Positions 39,534-52,983 of a stretch of DNA of 64,000 nucleotides are shown one piece after another. Numbering within the stretch: position 1 is the first letter of the stretch; every line of letters begins with the position of its first letter. The stretch is taken from contig NC_042998.1 of assembly GCF_006345805.1 (NCBI RefSeq), forward strand, positions 111,042,001-111,106,000, read 5' to 3'. Source of the stretch: Octopus sinensis. Lineage: Eukaryota. Below the pieces are notes generated by a model. The model worked only from the letters and a program-made list of their open reading frames with translations. It made no database searches and was not told the DNA's origin. The position numbers were made by a program, and so were the translations under genes.

Positions 39534-41545
39534 TAAATAAACACACGCACTATATATTTGGTTTTCACTCGTTTATTACTGTTCTTATTCTAACTCACGT
39601 CCATTGCCCGGTCATTTTCGTCACACGTCGGTGACCTCTTCAGTGACACTTTTCGTTTGCGTGTGTGCTCTTGATCTACTTATGCTGTGTGCAGTCTCTC
39701 CACTGTAAGTGGTTGTCATATTTCTGCACCGTCCCTCGGTACATCGTAAGCTATATTCCTAAATTTACAGTTAACCTATGGGTTTATCCTACATGCAACA
39801 CAATTGTTCTCCGTACATGGAGACTTATCAAATGGATAGGTGCTACAGATGAGGGATTTTATAGGGGCACCAGGCCTTTCTACTACTTTAATCGGTAGAT
39901 TAGCCTTACTTAATGTTTTTTTTCTGAAAAGGTATGCTAGTTCGCTGCCAGGGATAGCATCGGTGAACAATATGCTCTGGTATTGTTTGTTGTCACACCA
40001 AGTGTTGGCCTTATCTATCTTATTTCTGGTCCTTGCTGTGCTGTTTCGGGATTTACTTCTGTACAGTACGCAGATCCCCTTAGCATCACTCTCTATGATG
40101 GCTTTGTACTTAGTCCTCGCTCCTTTGCACACTCTAATCCTGTCGTTTGGATTGTAGTAAGAGAACTTATTATTATTTTGTTTTCTTACTTTGGTATCCT
40201 TATCTATAAACCTCTTATCCCTTGAAGTTGTTACCGTTCTTATATAGAGATTTTGCAGCTACTAGGTCTATGCAAGATGGTTATACTATACCCATACAAA
40301 CTATTTGTATATGTCTATATATGCATATATGTACACAACCTATTTATCTCTTATCCCTTATAAATTGTTATCTTTCTTATTTGTAAATAGATACTTTTTA
40401 GTTGCTTAAGGATATGCGAGAATAACATATAAACGTATAAATATTTGTGTATGTGTGCAAGTGTGCACATAGATAAATATGTGTGTGTATCTCTACACAA
40501 CTTTGTTTATTCTGATTCTTGGCTTATAATTAATATATAAGTAGCAAGTTTCTCTTTCCAGTATTCCATAACTAAATACCCAGAGCAGTCCTTATAAAAA
40601 CCACATAAGTAAATAAATAAGTACATGAATGAAATTTAAACCGATTCTATGTAATCTTTCCTTTCTAATATTGAAAATTGATATATGTACACATTTTACC
40701 TATTTTGGTTATGATATCATTTTTGATAATCTTAAATTTTATCTTTATACAACATAACAATATTGTTTATACACAGTCGCCCATAGTACCTATGATAAAA
40801 TTTCCTCTGTACGAACATCATAGGTTTTATTAGCGTCTTGCCCCTTTAACTGGTAATTAACATCATGATTTAGGGTCTTCCCCTATCCAGCCTCCTTTAT
40901 AGACACTTTATACCCAATTTACTACTCCTAATATCTTGAAAATATTTATGACCATTCCTAGCCATGAGCTGTCAACTCACTCTTGCCTTTCATTCCAAAC
41001 AGGCACAGTCCTCCAGTCTTAGATTTAGTAGTTGATAAAAAGACAAATAAATTAAAAATGAACCACAATCCTTTACAAAGTATGACTCCAGTAAGCTTCA
41101 TGCCTTTCTTGGAAGTGTAGTATATTTTTAACTACAATAGCGACAACATGGATTTCTTCCATCTTCTTGCTCTGTTAAAGAATTTGAGTAAAATTATGTT
41201 CATGCGTCCGACTGATTAAAATTCTATTTATTTGTGCAGCTGATGATAGCCTTGCAGTTAAATTGATGTAATAATTGCATTGCTCAATTAAATGGAGCCG
41301 TTTGAAACGGTCGTAAAGGATCACTTCTTGATATCCTGTAGCTTATTTTGATTTTGTATATATACTTATATATATATTGTTATATTTCGGGACGGTCATT
41401 TTGTTTTCCTAAATAAATACACGCACTATATTTTTGGTCTTTATTCTATTTTTACTGTTCCTATTCTAACTCACGTCCATTGTCCGGAAATCTTTCGTCA
41501 CACATCTGTGATCTCTTCAGCGACACTTTTCGTCTTCTTGCGTGC
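39534..41545 (-). mobile_element. Degenerate PLE with direct pseudo-LTRs and RT-EN linker remnant (39776-40132)
   Basis: YQSILFTDAIPGSELAYLF...LPIKVVERPGAPIKSLI...PF..SPCTENNCVAC resembles the PLE linker; ~130 bp direct repeats at 39534 and 41410 each carry CTGAAGA...GAAA on the minus strand. Confidence 0.75.
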
Positions 41546-42379
41546 TCTAAATTCAATTATTTCATTCTGCCCTTGTATGACGTGTATCCTTATGTGCGCA
41601 TGCATTTGCATTCATGTTTGCGTGTGTGCATGTGTGTGTGTGTGTATACGTGTGTGTGTGTCATTGTTCTTAGTAGCAGACTTACCTTTCCTTCAGCCCC
41701 ATACTCTCACCCCGCTATCGCTGCTGTTGTCATAGGACCCGACAATTTGGTACTGTTCCTGTACCTATCAGTATTTGTGTGTTGCTGCACGGTGCTGACA
41801 TCGCGGTTGTTGTTGTTGTTGTTGTTGCCATTGTTGTTACCGCCGCTGCTGCTGACGTTGTTAGTCATGTTGTTGATACTGTTGCGGCCGTCTGTGATGT
41901 GACACTCTGGTATTGTTTGCAGACCCTCAGGTAAGCTTCTCCAGAAGATCTTATATCCATAAGTAGGTTGATTTATTTGACCCTCACCAGATATATGAAT
42001 TTCAGAGAGCGCAACTTTATCAAGGGGATATTTTTTATGCTCACATGCAATAAGTGCAGTACCACTTACTGGCCTCTTGTTGAAATTATCATCAAGAACT
42101 GTGTGCGCACATTCAAACAGTCAAAATTCAGAGGACGTTTATATTTACTTTTCTTGAAGATTATTTGAGACATTTTAGAGTAAGTTACAAGTGCATTTTT
42201 AGGTCTCTTCCAACCAACCAACCAACCAATTCAATGATTTTACTAACATTTGATGTACAAGACGTACCTGTGGAAATTAATAATTTTCAGTGGGTGTATC
42301 TTACACTGCAGTACACAACAGTAAAATATATATATTTTAAAAATATGAATAACATGAGATTTAAATATAAATAATATAT

Positions 42380-42787
42380 AGACGCAGGAGTGGCTGTATG
42401 GTAAGTGGCTTGCTTACCTACCACATGGTTCCGGATTAAGTCCCACTGTGTGGGACCTCGCGCAGGTATCTTCTACTGTAACCTCGGGCCGACCAAAGCC
42501 TTGTAAGCTGATTCGGCACACGGAAACTGAAAGAATCCCGTCGTATATATATATATGTGTGTGAGTGTGTGTGTCGGTGTCTTTACTCCCCACCCCACCC
42601 CATCCAACATCGCTTGACAACCGATGTTAGTGTCTACGTCCTGTACATTACCAGTTCCGCATAAGAGACCGATAGAATAAGTACTGGGCTTACAAAGAAT
42701 AAGTCCGGGGGTCGATTCGTTCGATTAAAGGCGGTGCTGCGGTCTTCCAGCATAGCCGCAGTCAAATGACTGAAACAAATAAAAGAA
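42380..42787 (+). mobile_element. Family 1 composite SINE
   Basis: Head, short microsatellite and tail match the other copies. Confidence 0.9.
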
Positions 42788-43262
42788 TTAAAATATATGA
42801 AAATAGGAATATAGATATACATACATATAAGAATATATAGAAAACAATTATAAATATTTACTTATGTGTTGGATGGCCGTTGACTGCTCATGAGATCGCC
42901 CGCCGTTTTTCGAGTCTTATTTTCCATCCCACAGGGTGTCCAACAATCCCTCTCTTCTCCAAGCGAGTCTTGTGGGGTTGCCAGTGTAGTCGCCGAAGAT
43001 CCAACCATGCAACAGGTTGTACTGGATTGCATGTTACTAATAGCACTCAAGAGCGACCTGCCATTGTGGGCGAGTGTGTCTGTGTTAGTGAATGAGTCTG
43101 TATAAATACACACACACACACACACATATATATATACATATATAATGATATTTCTTAACATACATGTTTATACATGTACATATGTGTGTGTATATATATA
43201 TATGTGTGTGTGTGTGTGTATACATGTGTACATATATACATATGTATGTATGCATGTATGTA

Positions 43263-43307
<45 letters not shown>

Positions 43308-43354
43308 TGTATGTATGTATGCGCGTGTGTATGTATATGAACAAGACGCATTCG

Positions 43355-43505
43355 CAATGCAGGTTTATCCATTTGCAGCTGAATGGATTGGAGCAACGTG
43401 GAACGAAGTATTTTGCTGAAGAATAGCGCATCACCGGTCTGAGAAACGAAATCACGATCTTGGGGTTCTGAGTACAACACTCTAACCACTAGGTCATGAA
43501 CATTA
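43355..43505 (-). mobile_element. tRNA-derived SINE head (family 2-like), diverged
   Basis: Reverse complement TGACCTAGTGGTTAGAGTG...GATTTCGTTTCTCAGACCGG...TTCCACGTTGCTCCAATCCATTCAGCTG. Confidence 0.75.
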
Positions 43506-43545
43506 ACACACACGCACACACACACACGTACGCACATACAAACAC

Positions 43546-43664
<119 letters not shown>

Positions 43665-44300
43665 GACATCATTATTGGCTTCCTCTGATGATACAGATAT
43701 ATAACGTCCTATATAATATTCACTTCAACATCGCAGTAGATAAATGTAAATATTGGGATAAAATTTGAATTTTATTTATCTAGGGAAACACTGGTTTCTG
43801 TTCAGTTGTACTAAGTAGACTACAATTTATTGAAACTTCTATTCGCACCAATAACCGCAAACACTAATCCAGTAAATGGCTATTTTCTAATAGCATTCCA
43901 TTAAATTATTAAATTTATATTCTTTGTATTAAATTTATTGCCATTGTAATAATAAATTCGCGACTAACTCGGTGCTTGTTGTATAGAGTAAGTATAAATA
44001 GTAGGGACCTTATGCAATCGTCTATTGCCATTTATTTATATTATATTTTATCATTCTCACTAAATTAGATGTTCCTATTTACGATAATGTCATAAAGTAG
44101 GATATTTTTACTGAGTAATTCTATTTATCACATATCAATGGACTGCAAATTCTATCATATATGGTTAAATAGCAAATATATATAATATATAATTTCTCTC
44201 ATATCACTATTAACTAAACATTACTTGTAGAAATTGACATTTAAATATAAAATTCAATATTTTACTCATAAACAAATAATAATATATACAAGTAACAACG

Positions 44301-44372
<72 letters not shown>

Positions 44373-44470
44373 ATATATGTATGTAAGTATGTATGTATGT
44401 ATATAATATATAATATTTATACAGCTTTTATGCTCGCGGCCACTAACGTTATTTTGAAAAATATTATCGT

Positions 44471-44517
<47 letters not shown>

Positions 44518-45413
44518 TATATTTATAATGCATAAAAATATAATGCATAAAAATCAGATTGAGTCTTGCTTGCTTGCTTGCTTGTAATGTTACTCAGGCA
44601 AAGTGGCGCATAATGGGAAAATACTATGAATTAATCCCCCACCCCTCCTCACCTGAAATGTAAATAAGAGCGGAATGAAATAAATTTCGCATAAATTGGA
44701 TAAGTAGTTGTGAAGATATTAAGGGTTTTCGGTGTATGAATACACAAAACGGTGCATAATGGGAAAAGTCTCCGAAATTAACTTTTCCTGAAAGGGAAGT
44801 AACTCTTACCTTTCGATTATACAGTGACTTGACGAAAGATGTTTCCATTTTCGCTTTTATTAAACACAAATTTTAATCATTTAGAAATATTTTTTAGTGA
44901 ATGTGATTTAAAAACTGTAAGTTGTTTGTACAGTAAGTATTTATATTTTATCTTTCTTTAAACAGACAATATTTTAATGGTTTTAAAAATTATTTTCAAG
45001 TGAATACCATTACAAAAATTATTTTTCCCATAAACATTTCGTGAAAGACCCATTCGTAAACTCTGTGAAATAAATTGTTTCCATAGTATTTTTTATTCGA
45101 GTGTATTCAACGTATCTCATTTCCAAACATTTGGCTGCTAGTTCTAGCACGTCCTGCTACCACGTAACTGCTATTTGCGATAAATGACCCTAAATGACTG
45201 TTACACTGTCACGTGATAGCAGGGCATGCAAGAAATAGCAGCCAAATCTTAATTTTTCTGGGGAAAGTAGTAGCTTACGCTTAATTTCGATGTCACATTC
45301 GTTGAAAGCATGCAAAATAACCTGGGTAAGAAAAGAACCCACGAAACAAAACCCCATTGTTGTGGAACTCAGAATTTCCCCGGTGACCCAACAGCTCTCG
45401 TGTAGTCTAGTAT

Positions 45414-45489
<76 letters not shown>

Positions 45490-45494
45490 TATAT

Positions 45495-45539
<45 letters not shown>

Positions 45540-45554
45540 GGTCAAATTTACAGT

Positions 45555-45930
45555 ATGTAAAAGACGAAGATAGTTTAGGGTACAACGAATATACGTATTA
45601 TTGTCACGCTCCGGAAGAATGGAAAAATTTTCAACGTTTCTAACCTACGCTCTTCGCCAAGAAGGGTTGAGGGAGAAAATGAAAAGATATGAAAAAACGG
45701 AGAATATATACATACATATATATATTGTGTGTATCGTTGGCGTTCTTTTTCCTACGTCTTCCCTTCCTTAAATCTTTCCTTTTCCTATGTTTCTGACGAA
45801 GAGCTCCGCTCGAAACTTTAAATCCTCCTTCTTTCTTTCCTTTCCTGGGCGTCCAATAACACTATACTTGTTTCACATCCTCGCGTTGTTGTGTTTTCTC
45901 GTTGTGTTTTCATGTTTGGATTAACTTTAT
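45555..45930. mobile_element. Two oppositely oriented PLE pseudo-LTR fragments, each with a hammerhead-like core
   Basis: Minus-strand family A motif at ~45625-45662; plus-strand CTGACGA-A-GAGC-TCC-GCTC-GAAA at ~45793-45816. Confidence 0.65.
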
Positions 45931-46185
45931 ATAGATAGTTGAGTAAACGCCATTTAGAAACTGTGTTGACTGCAATCTTACAGTTGTAAAATACCAACAT
46001 GTATGAGCCAATATAATTTTGTAGATTGATCAAATACCGAATACAAAATATCTGGGATCCGCGCTTTATTTACATTTTGTTTACATTTTGTAAAGACCAC
46101 TGAAATTAGGTAAGTATGCTAGTCTAGAGAATTTCATTTTATTTTTTAAGCTGGCCAGTACTAATATACGAGAAACAAAAGTTTA

Positions 46186-46243
<58 letters not shown>
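46186..46243. repeat. (ATT)n microsatellite
   Basis: Directly visible. Confidence 0.97.
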
Positions 46244-46245
<2 letters not shown>

Positions 46246-46592
46246 GTGTCTTCCCTGTTAGAAATATATTTTTATTATCACGTATCTGGTGTTAGATTGA
46301 TTTTTATTGCTGTCTTTGGGCTGTGTCGTATTTACAATACATTGATCTAACTCTCTATCTCGTTGACCTTCTGTCTCGCTCTCCTTTCTGTGCCTGTGAG
46401 TATATTTTTTGTGTGTATGTGTGCATACATTTATATGCACACGCTTAAGGATAGATCTATAAAAACAATGCATTTGTAGATATAGTTGACGTGCACATAC
46501 GTATATTTGTTTATACATATATACACATATATATATACGTGTGTGTGTATGTATGTTAATATATATATATATATGTATGTATATATATATAC

Positions 46593-46637
<45 letters not shown>

Positions 46638-47392
46638 TATACATATATATACATATATATATGGTTATATATATATATGTGCATATATATATATATATAT
46701 ATATTCTTCACTCGTTTGTCCGGAAAGCTTTCGTCACCCATTTGTGACCTCCCCAGCAACACTTTTCGTTTTTGCACGTTTTCTTGTGCAGTAAGTGCAG
46801 AAACAGCACACACAGAAATGAAGTGTTGCTGACGAGGTCGCAGATGTGTGACGAAAGGTTTCCGGACAATAGGCATGAGTTAAAATAATAAAATAAGAAT
46901 AATAAAGAGCACCCTAGAACGAAGGCGAGAAAGATATGCAGTGACATAAATCTAGAAAACCCTAGTATCAAACTTCGGTTTTGAAAGTTACACCAACAGT
47001 TGAACGGAATACCATTGCATAATGCCAAAGATCCCATTGTCGACATCAAGATACAGGATCAGATCTTGCAACAGCATGGATTTGAACGGCTCTCAGCACT
47101 ACAATATCCATCTTGCATTTTTCAAATAAATATTTTTTCTGTTATGAATTATTTAGTTATTAATCACTTCCTAGAAAAATTATTGTAAATAATAAGCATA
47201 ACTTATAATATATCCAGTAAAAGTCCAATACAGAAAATGAAGTAGAAATGTAAATATCTTTATTTTTTATTTACCTTCTCTACGGAACACTAGTGTATGA
47301 ATGTATATATATACACATATATATGTGTGTGTGTGTATGTGTGCGTGTGCGCGTGTGTGTATGTGTGTCATGTGTGTGTGTGTGTGTGTGTG

Positions 47393-48144
47393 TGTTAAAT
47401 AAAATGAGACAACAAAGCCAAAGCTGTGTGGAATGTATAGGATATTGATAAAGAGAAAGGTAGTCTTACAGTAAGGTAGTCTTATATTCCTTCCTCACAT
47501 TCTTATCTCTTCCTTACATCTCTCCCTCTATTCGTTTTATCTTGATAGCCCTACTCTCCGATTCCCTCACTATATCTTGACCGCCATCTAGCACGCCTAT
47601 TTTCATTTTTTCTTCCTTTTTCTCCCTTCTTTCCTCCCCTAGTTATTTTGACTATTACCATTCTCCTCCTAACACATGTATCTCCTCTCTTCTCACTATC
47701 TACTTACCCCTACCAGTACGTTCTCAAAATTTCATTCACACCACAAGACCCCTTTGAATAAACAGCACATGGGATTTATGTCTCCACACTATCCATTTGT
47801 AATACCAAAATATGAATTCCTATCGAAATCTACATACCATGGACAAGAAGCATCTCAACCCACACGCAACACTTGCCTTGGATAATGGAATTGCAACTGT
47901 AACATCCTACATATATTTTTTATTTCTATTCTCTTATTTCCCTTTATACTTCCTATATCCATCCTTTTCCAAAATAACTCCTTATATCGAACTCTACTAT
48001 TTCCCTCCCATTAACTCTCTCATATCGCCTCTGATGAAGGGATATCCCTAATATTCCAGAAACAGCTGTAAGACTACCGTTCTCGTTATAAATGTTCTGT
48101 AAGTTTCACACTGCCTTGGCTTTGTTGTCTCATTTTATTTAACA
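47393..48144 (+). mobile_element. Degenerate PLE (GIY-YIG C-terminal remnant) between ~79 bp inverted arms, with hammerhead motif at 48027-48074
   Basis: Arms at 47393-47471 and 48066-48144; CTGATGA...GAAA-CAGCTG-TA-AGAC with palindromic ACAGCTGT. Confidence 0.7.
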
Positions 48145-48272
48145 TATACATGCTCACACTCGACCCGTATTAGACTCATCACTCGTATTATCGAACCGAG
48201 AGTCTCACTACGGTACTCCCGTAGCACTTACATAGCCTTACCTACCATCTTGGGTCTTCTGGATACTAATAC

Positions 48273-48328
<56 letters not shown>

Positions 48329-48411
48329 GGCATTGCACGATAATAACATTGATTAAGCTTCGTGCAATGGCCATACTCGATAACGAGGGGGCAGCCACCA
48401 TGTATGTATGT

Positions 48412-48452
<41 letters not shown>

Positions 48453-48784
48453 TTGTCTACATTGTTATCTAATTATATGCCGAGTATGTAAATTTAAAAC
48501 GATAATGTATAATATACAACATTTTAATACCTCAGTTATGATTAATAACTATATTTACTATAAACCATAAATGAATTCTAATTATCCGTCTTTTATTGTA
48601 CCACCGTACCGTAGCCCTTGCCTTTAGAAGGTATTAAACACTTAGAACAAGCAATACCAGTTATTATAAGTCAGTAGAAGAGATTATGTTTTAATCAATT
48701 ATACATGTTCAGAACTTATGTTATCAGAGTTGAACGGATATGTTGTTGTGGGCTTTGCGTGTTTCAATATTACAAAGGCGGAAT

Positions 48785-49208
48785 GCGGTGAGCTGGCAGA
48801 AACGTTAGCGCTCAGAGCGAAATGCTATTCGGTATTTCGTCTGCCGTTACGTTCTGAGTTCAAATTCCGCCGAGGTCGACTTTGCCTTTTATCCTTTCGG
48901 TGTCGATAAATTAAGTACCAGTTACGCACTGGGGTCGATGTAATCGACTTAATCCCTTTGTCTGTCTTTGTCCCCTCTATGTTTAGCCCCTTGTGGGCAA
49001 TAAAGAAATAAGAAACGTTCGCATGCCGTGCGAAATATTTAGCGGTATTTCGTAAGTCTTTACGTTCTGAATTCAAATTCCGCCGAGGTCGACTTTGCTT
49101 TTCATTCTTTCGGTGTCGATAAATTAAGTATTAGTTGCATACTGGGGTCGATCTAATCGACTGACACTCTCCACGCAAAATTCGGACCTTGTGCCAAGTG
49201 TAGAAAAG
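48785..49208 (+). mobile_element. Dimeric tRNA-derived SINE (family 3) with Nin-like central domain
   Basis: Two tandem units share GAGTTCAAATTCCGCCGAGGTCGACTTTGC...TTTCGGTGTCGATAAATTAAGTA...CTGGGGTCGAT; Nin assignment is from memory. Confidence 0.85.
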
Positions 49209-49669
49209 ACTAACCTAAGTTAGCGCTTTTCAGCTTTCGCAAATATTCGGAAAATGCAATAGCGTTTAAAGCACACTATAAAACAATGTGTATGCTTGTG
49301 GCACCCAAGTTTATTATATTATTTATGCTGACGCATGCTTTATATATCATTAGTTTTAATTTGATGTATATCTCTATAAATATTTTTTTAATTAACCAAT
49401 TATAGTTATTAAAACACGTATAAGATTTCAATTAATAGGAAAATTACGCGCATTATTATTATTGCTGATTACATAATATAATTAAGCTAAATGTAGCAAT
49501 ACGCTATATAGTGAGCGATAGCAGAATAGTTTTTAAAATATCTACCGAGTATTCTGAAGTATCTGTGTTACGGAAAATATAATTGTTTAAGAAATTTAGT
49601 TTGACGACAAATCATAAGTGCAGCACCCTAGCCATTAGAGCATTCGCCTTCACTGATAGACATACACAT

Positions 49670-49722
<53 letters not shown>

Positions 49723-49739
49723 AACGCACACACACACAC

Positions 49740-49809
<70 letters not shown>

Positions 49810-50208
49810 GCAGTCGGCTGTCTACCAAGTTACACTCACAAGCTATTTGTTATAAACGTTACTTCGGTAAAAGGCCTTTTACCACGTTGTGTTATTGCCG
49901 CGTTGTGTTATTGAAAGTGGTAGCAGGTAGTTGTGAAGATAAAGTTATTCACTACACGGGCCTACATGCTTTCGCTTTCATTTTTCTTTTATTTCGTTTG
50001 CCATCTTTGTTGACCTTCCTCTTGCTGTTCTCTAGGACTAAGTATATGTCGTAGACACTTCTTGTAATGGTACCATTGAACATTTTGAATGTCCGTTTTA
50101 TTGCATTTCATTGTTTAAAGGCATGCTCAGTTGAGGATTTTACTATTCACATGACTATGTTACAAAGGGTAGCCATATATAATTCGTTGGCTTATTTCAC
50201 ATGCACAG

Positions 50209-50241
50209 AAGAGATGAAAGGCAAACTTAACAAAGAGAAAG
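50209..50241 (+). CDS. Possible small exon (phase 1->1): (E)EMKGKLNKEK
   Basis: cacatgcacag|AA...AAAG|gtatat; in frame with 50346. Confidence 0.3.
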
Positions 50242-50345
50242 GTATATTTGAATACCGAATGTACTTAACTTGTTCTAACGTTGTTTGACTGTGACTAATT
50301 TCTCACAGCCTTTTGAAGTAAATAAATTTCTTATATTTTATTCAG

Positions 50346-50386
50346 CTGTTGAAAACGGAAAAGCTGAGTTCACATACCTGAACTTG
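50346..50386 (+). CDS. Putative small exon (phase 1->0): (A)VENGKAEFTYLNL
   Basis: Strong acceptor ttcttatattttattcag|CT, donor TTG|gtaaat, open frame with a beta-strand-like pattern. Confidence 0.4.
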
Positions 50387-51514
50387 GTAAATAAATAAAG
50401 CCTTTAATCAACAAATAAATAAATCGCTTAACAAATAATTCAAATTTCAGCCAATAAATAAAATTTTTACTCAACAAACATTCAACCGACAAATAAATAA
50501 ATTATTCACTGGACAAATAAATTAAATCCAGTTAAACAAACTCAACGCCATTTAGTATTACTTCTGACGATTGTCTTGAGCTGCATACTTATGAAGGATA
50601 TTTCACTATAAATACTCTTATAAATATATAAGCTACCTATGACAGTGCCAACTATCTTAGCATCCCTTATACTGAATAACAACTTGTAGAAAACTGAATG
50701 TAAAAAGTAATGCTCTCTGCATCGAATTGTTCTGAACAGTATGCCACATTTAGTGTTTGTTCTCTCTTTAGAAATGTGATTGTACTGGATATAATTTTAC
50801 ACTACATCTAATAGTGGGGTTTTGAGGAGAGTTGAACTACTTAACAGTCAATCCGAGTCCTAGCTAATAGTTAATTAGCATTTTAAGGCTTGCTTACCTA
50901 TGTATGTGAAGATTGGATCCGAGTGTGCAGAAGAAATATTTACGACTGAATGGACGGCGGCTGAAACAAAACATCTTGGAGAACAGAGAAAGATAAATCA
51001 AGAATGACATTTTGATAATCTACTTCATTTTAAACAAAGTCACAAACAAGTCATTTAGTCATCCTTAAGTATTTATAACAAGATGTTCTTCGTTGATTCG
51101 TCAGATGAAAATGACAGACGTAATTATACTCGTACTAGTGACTACCTAGGATACATTTCTTGTGCACGTCCTCATGTTGTCTGTTTTTATTCGTTTTGTT
51201 TTTATTCTGTCTCCATCCTAAGACATTATGACTTGGTCTCGCTACTGGAATGAAGATGACCATGGATAAGACATTAAGGCTGAAAGTGCGCAGCCCTTCT
51301 ACACTTTAAACAAAGTCACAGACAAGTCATCAGTCATCCTTAAGTATTTTTAATGACATGTTCTTCGTTGCATCGTCAGATGAAAATGGCAGACGTGTTT
51401 ATACCCGTACTTGTGACTACCTAGGTCACTAAAAGAAAATACATTTATCTTATATTCTGTTACCAATATATTGTGTTTGAAAATGCACACATATTCGTAT
51501 ACATGCACAAACGA

Positions 51515-51815
51515 GAAGGCGCGTGGCTTAGTGGTTAGAGCATTCGGCTCACTATCATAAGGTCAAGAGTTCAATTCCCGGCGACGTGTTGTGTCCTTAA
51601 GCAAGACACTATATTTCACGTTGCTCTAGTCCGCTCAGCTGGCAAAAATGATCAGTAGCCTTGTCACACTCTGTATCACGCTGAATCTCCCTGAGAACTA
51701 CATTAGGGGTACACGTGCCTGTGGCTCGCTCAGTCAGTTGAACTTTAATTTCACGAGCAAGCTGTTCCGTTGATCGTATCGACTGGGGCCCACGTCGTCG
51801 TCACCGACGAAGTGA
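51515..51815 (+). mobile_element. Near full-length tRNA-derived SINE (family 2)
   Basis: A box TGGCTTAGTGG, B box GAGTTCAATTCC, conserved TGTGTCCTTAAGCAAGACAC central block. Confidence 0.9.
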
Positions 51816-52045
51816 TCCCACTATATATTTGCACACACAAACGCACGCGCGCATTCACACGCATATACACACATGTATATCCAAATAAACTTACGTGTGT
51901 GTGTGTATGTCCGTGTATGCACGCGCATACTTGTGTGTGCATGTAAATATGTATATTGTGGTTTCACTTAAGGATAGCGATACTAATAAGAGCTGCTAGA
52001 ATCCACAATATTAATGAATTTGGATAAAATATCAGGAAAGTGCAG

Positions 52046-52235
52046 AGGCGCAGGAGTGGCTGTTAGGTAAGTAGCTTGCTTACCAACCACATGGTTCCGG
52101 GCTCAGTCCCACTGCATGGCACTTTGAGAAAGTGTCTTCTACTATAGCCTCGGGCTAACCAAATCCTTGTGAGTGGATTTGGTAGAGGGAAACTGAAAGA
52201 AGCCCATTGTATATATCTATAGGTGTATATATATA

Positions 52236-52286
<51 letters not shown>

Positions 52287-52574
52287 CATATATACAACGG
52301 GCTTCTTGAGATACAAAGAGAGATACAGATATATGTGTGTGTTTGTGTGTGTGTGTCTGTCTGTGTGTTTCTGTGTCTGTGTTTGTCCCCCAACATCGCT
52401 TGACAACCGATGCTGGTGTGTTTACGTATCCGTAACTTCGCGCTTTGGCAAAAGGGAACGATAGAATAAGTACTAGGCTTACAAAGAATAAGTTCTGGAG
52501 TCGATTTGCTCGGCTAAAGGCGGTGCTTCAACATGACCGCAGTCAAACGACTGAAAAAAGTAAAAGAGTAAAAG
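52046..52574 (+). mobile_element. Family 1 composite SINE, full length
   Basis: AGGCGCAGGAGTGGCTG head, microsatellite, tail ending (TAAAAGAG)n. Confidence 0.92.
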
Positions 52575-52746
52575 TTTGAAAGAGCGTAACGTCAATATAT
52601 AAATGGTAGAAGAATAGGAACTACGTAATTACCTTATTAGTTTACATGTTCCTGCTATAAGAAGAAGTAACACACTCAGAGATAAGTGTTTGTGCCACTT
52701 ATAGAATGCCTCCTAGGACGCTTTACGTCTTTTTCTATGCTCACAG

Positions 52747-52775
52747 GTGTGAACGCACTACTGCGTATAGCTAAT
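52747..52775 (+). CDS. Possible small exon (phase 1->0): (G)VNALLRIAN
   Basis: tctttttctatgctcacag|GT...AAT|gtaagt; only one frame is open. Confidence 0.35.
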
Positions 52776-52952
52776 GTAAGTGATTACAAAAGTCCTACTC
52801 TTTTATTATTCGTTAATTTTTATATACCCACACACACATACACAAGCACACGCATGAAAACGCACATACTCACACACACACAATCACTACACGTGTGCGG
52901 TTGGCGATTTATTTTCCTTCATTGGACTTTCCTTTTTTTCCCTCCCTCTTAA

Positions 52953-52983
<31 letters not shown>

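Noticed and set aside
51385-51420. NOP10-like motif DENGRRVYT
   Set aside because: Similarity is limited to about 9 residues; the rest of NOP10 (PARFSPDD) is absent.
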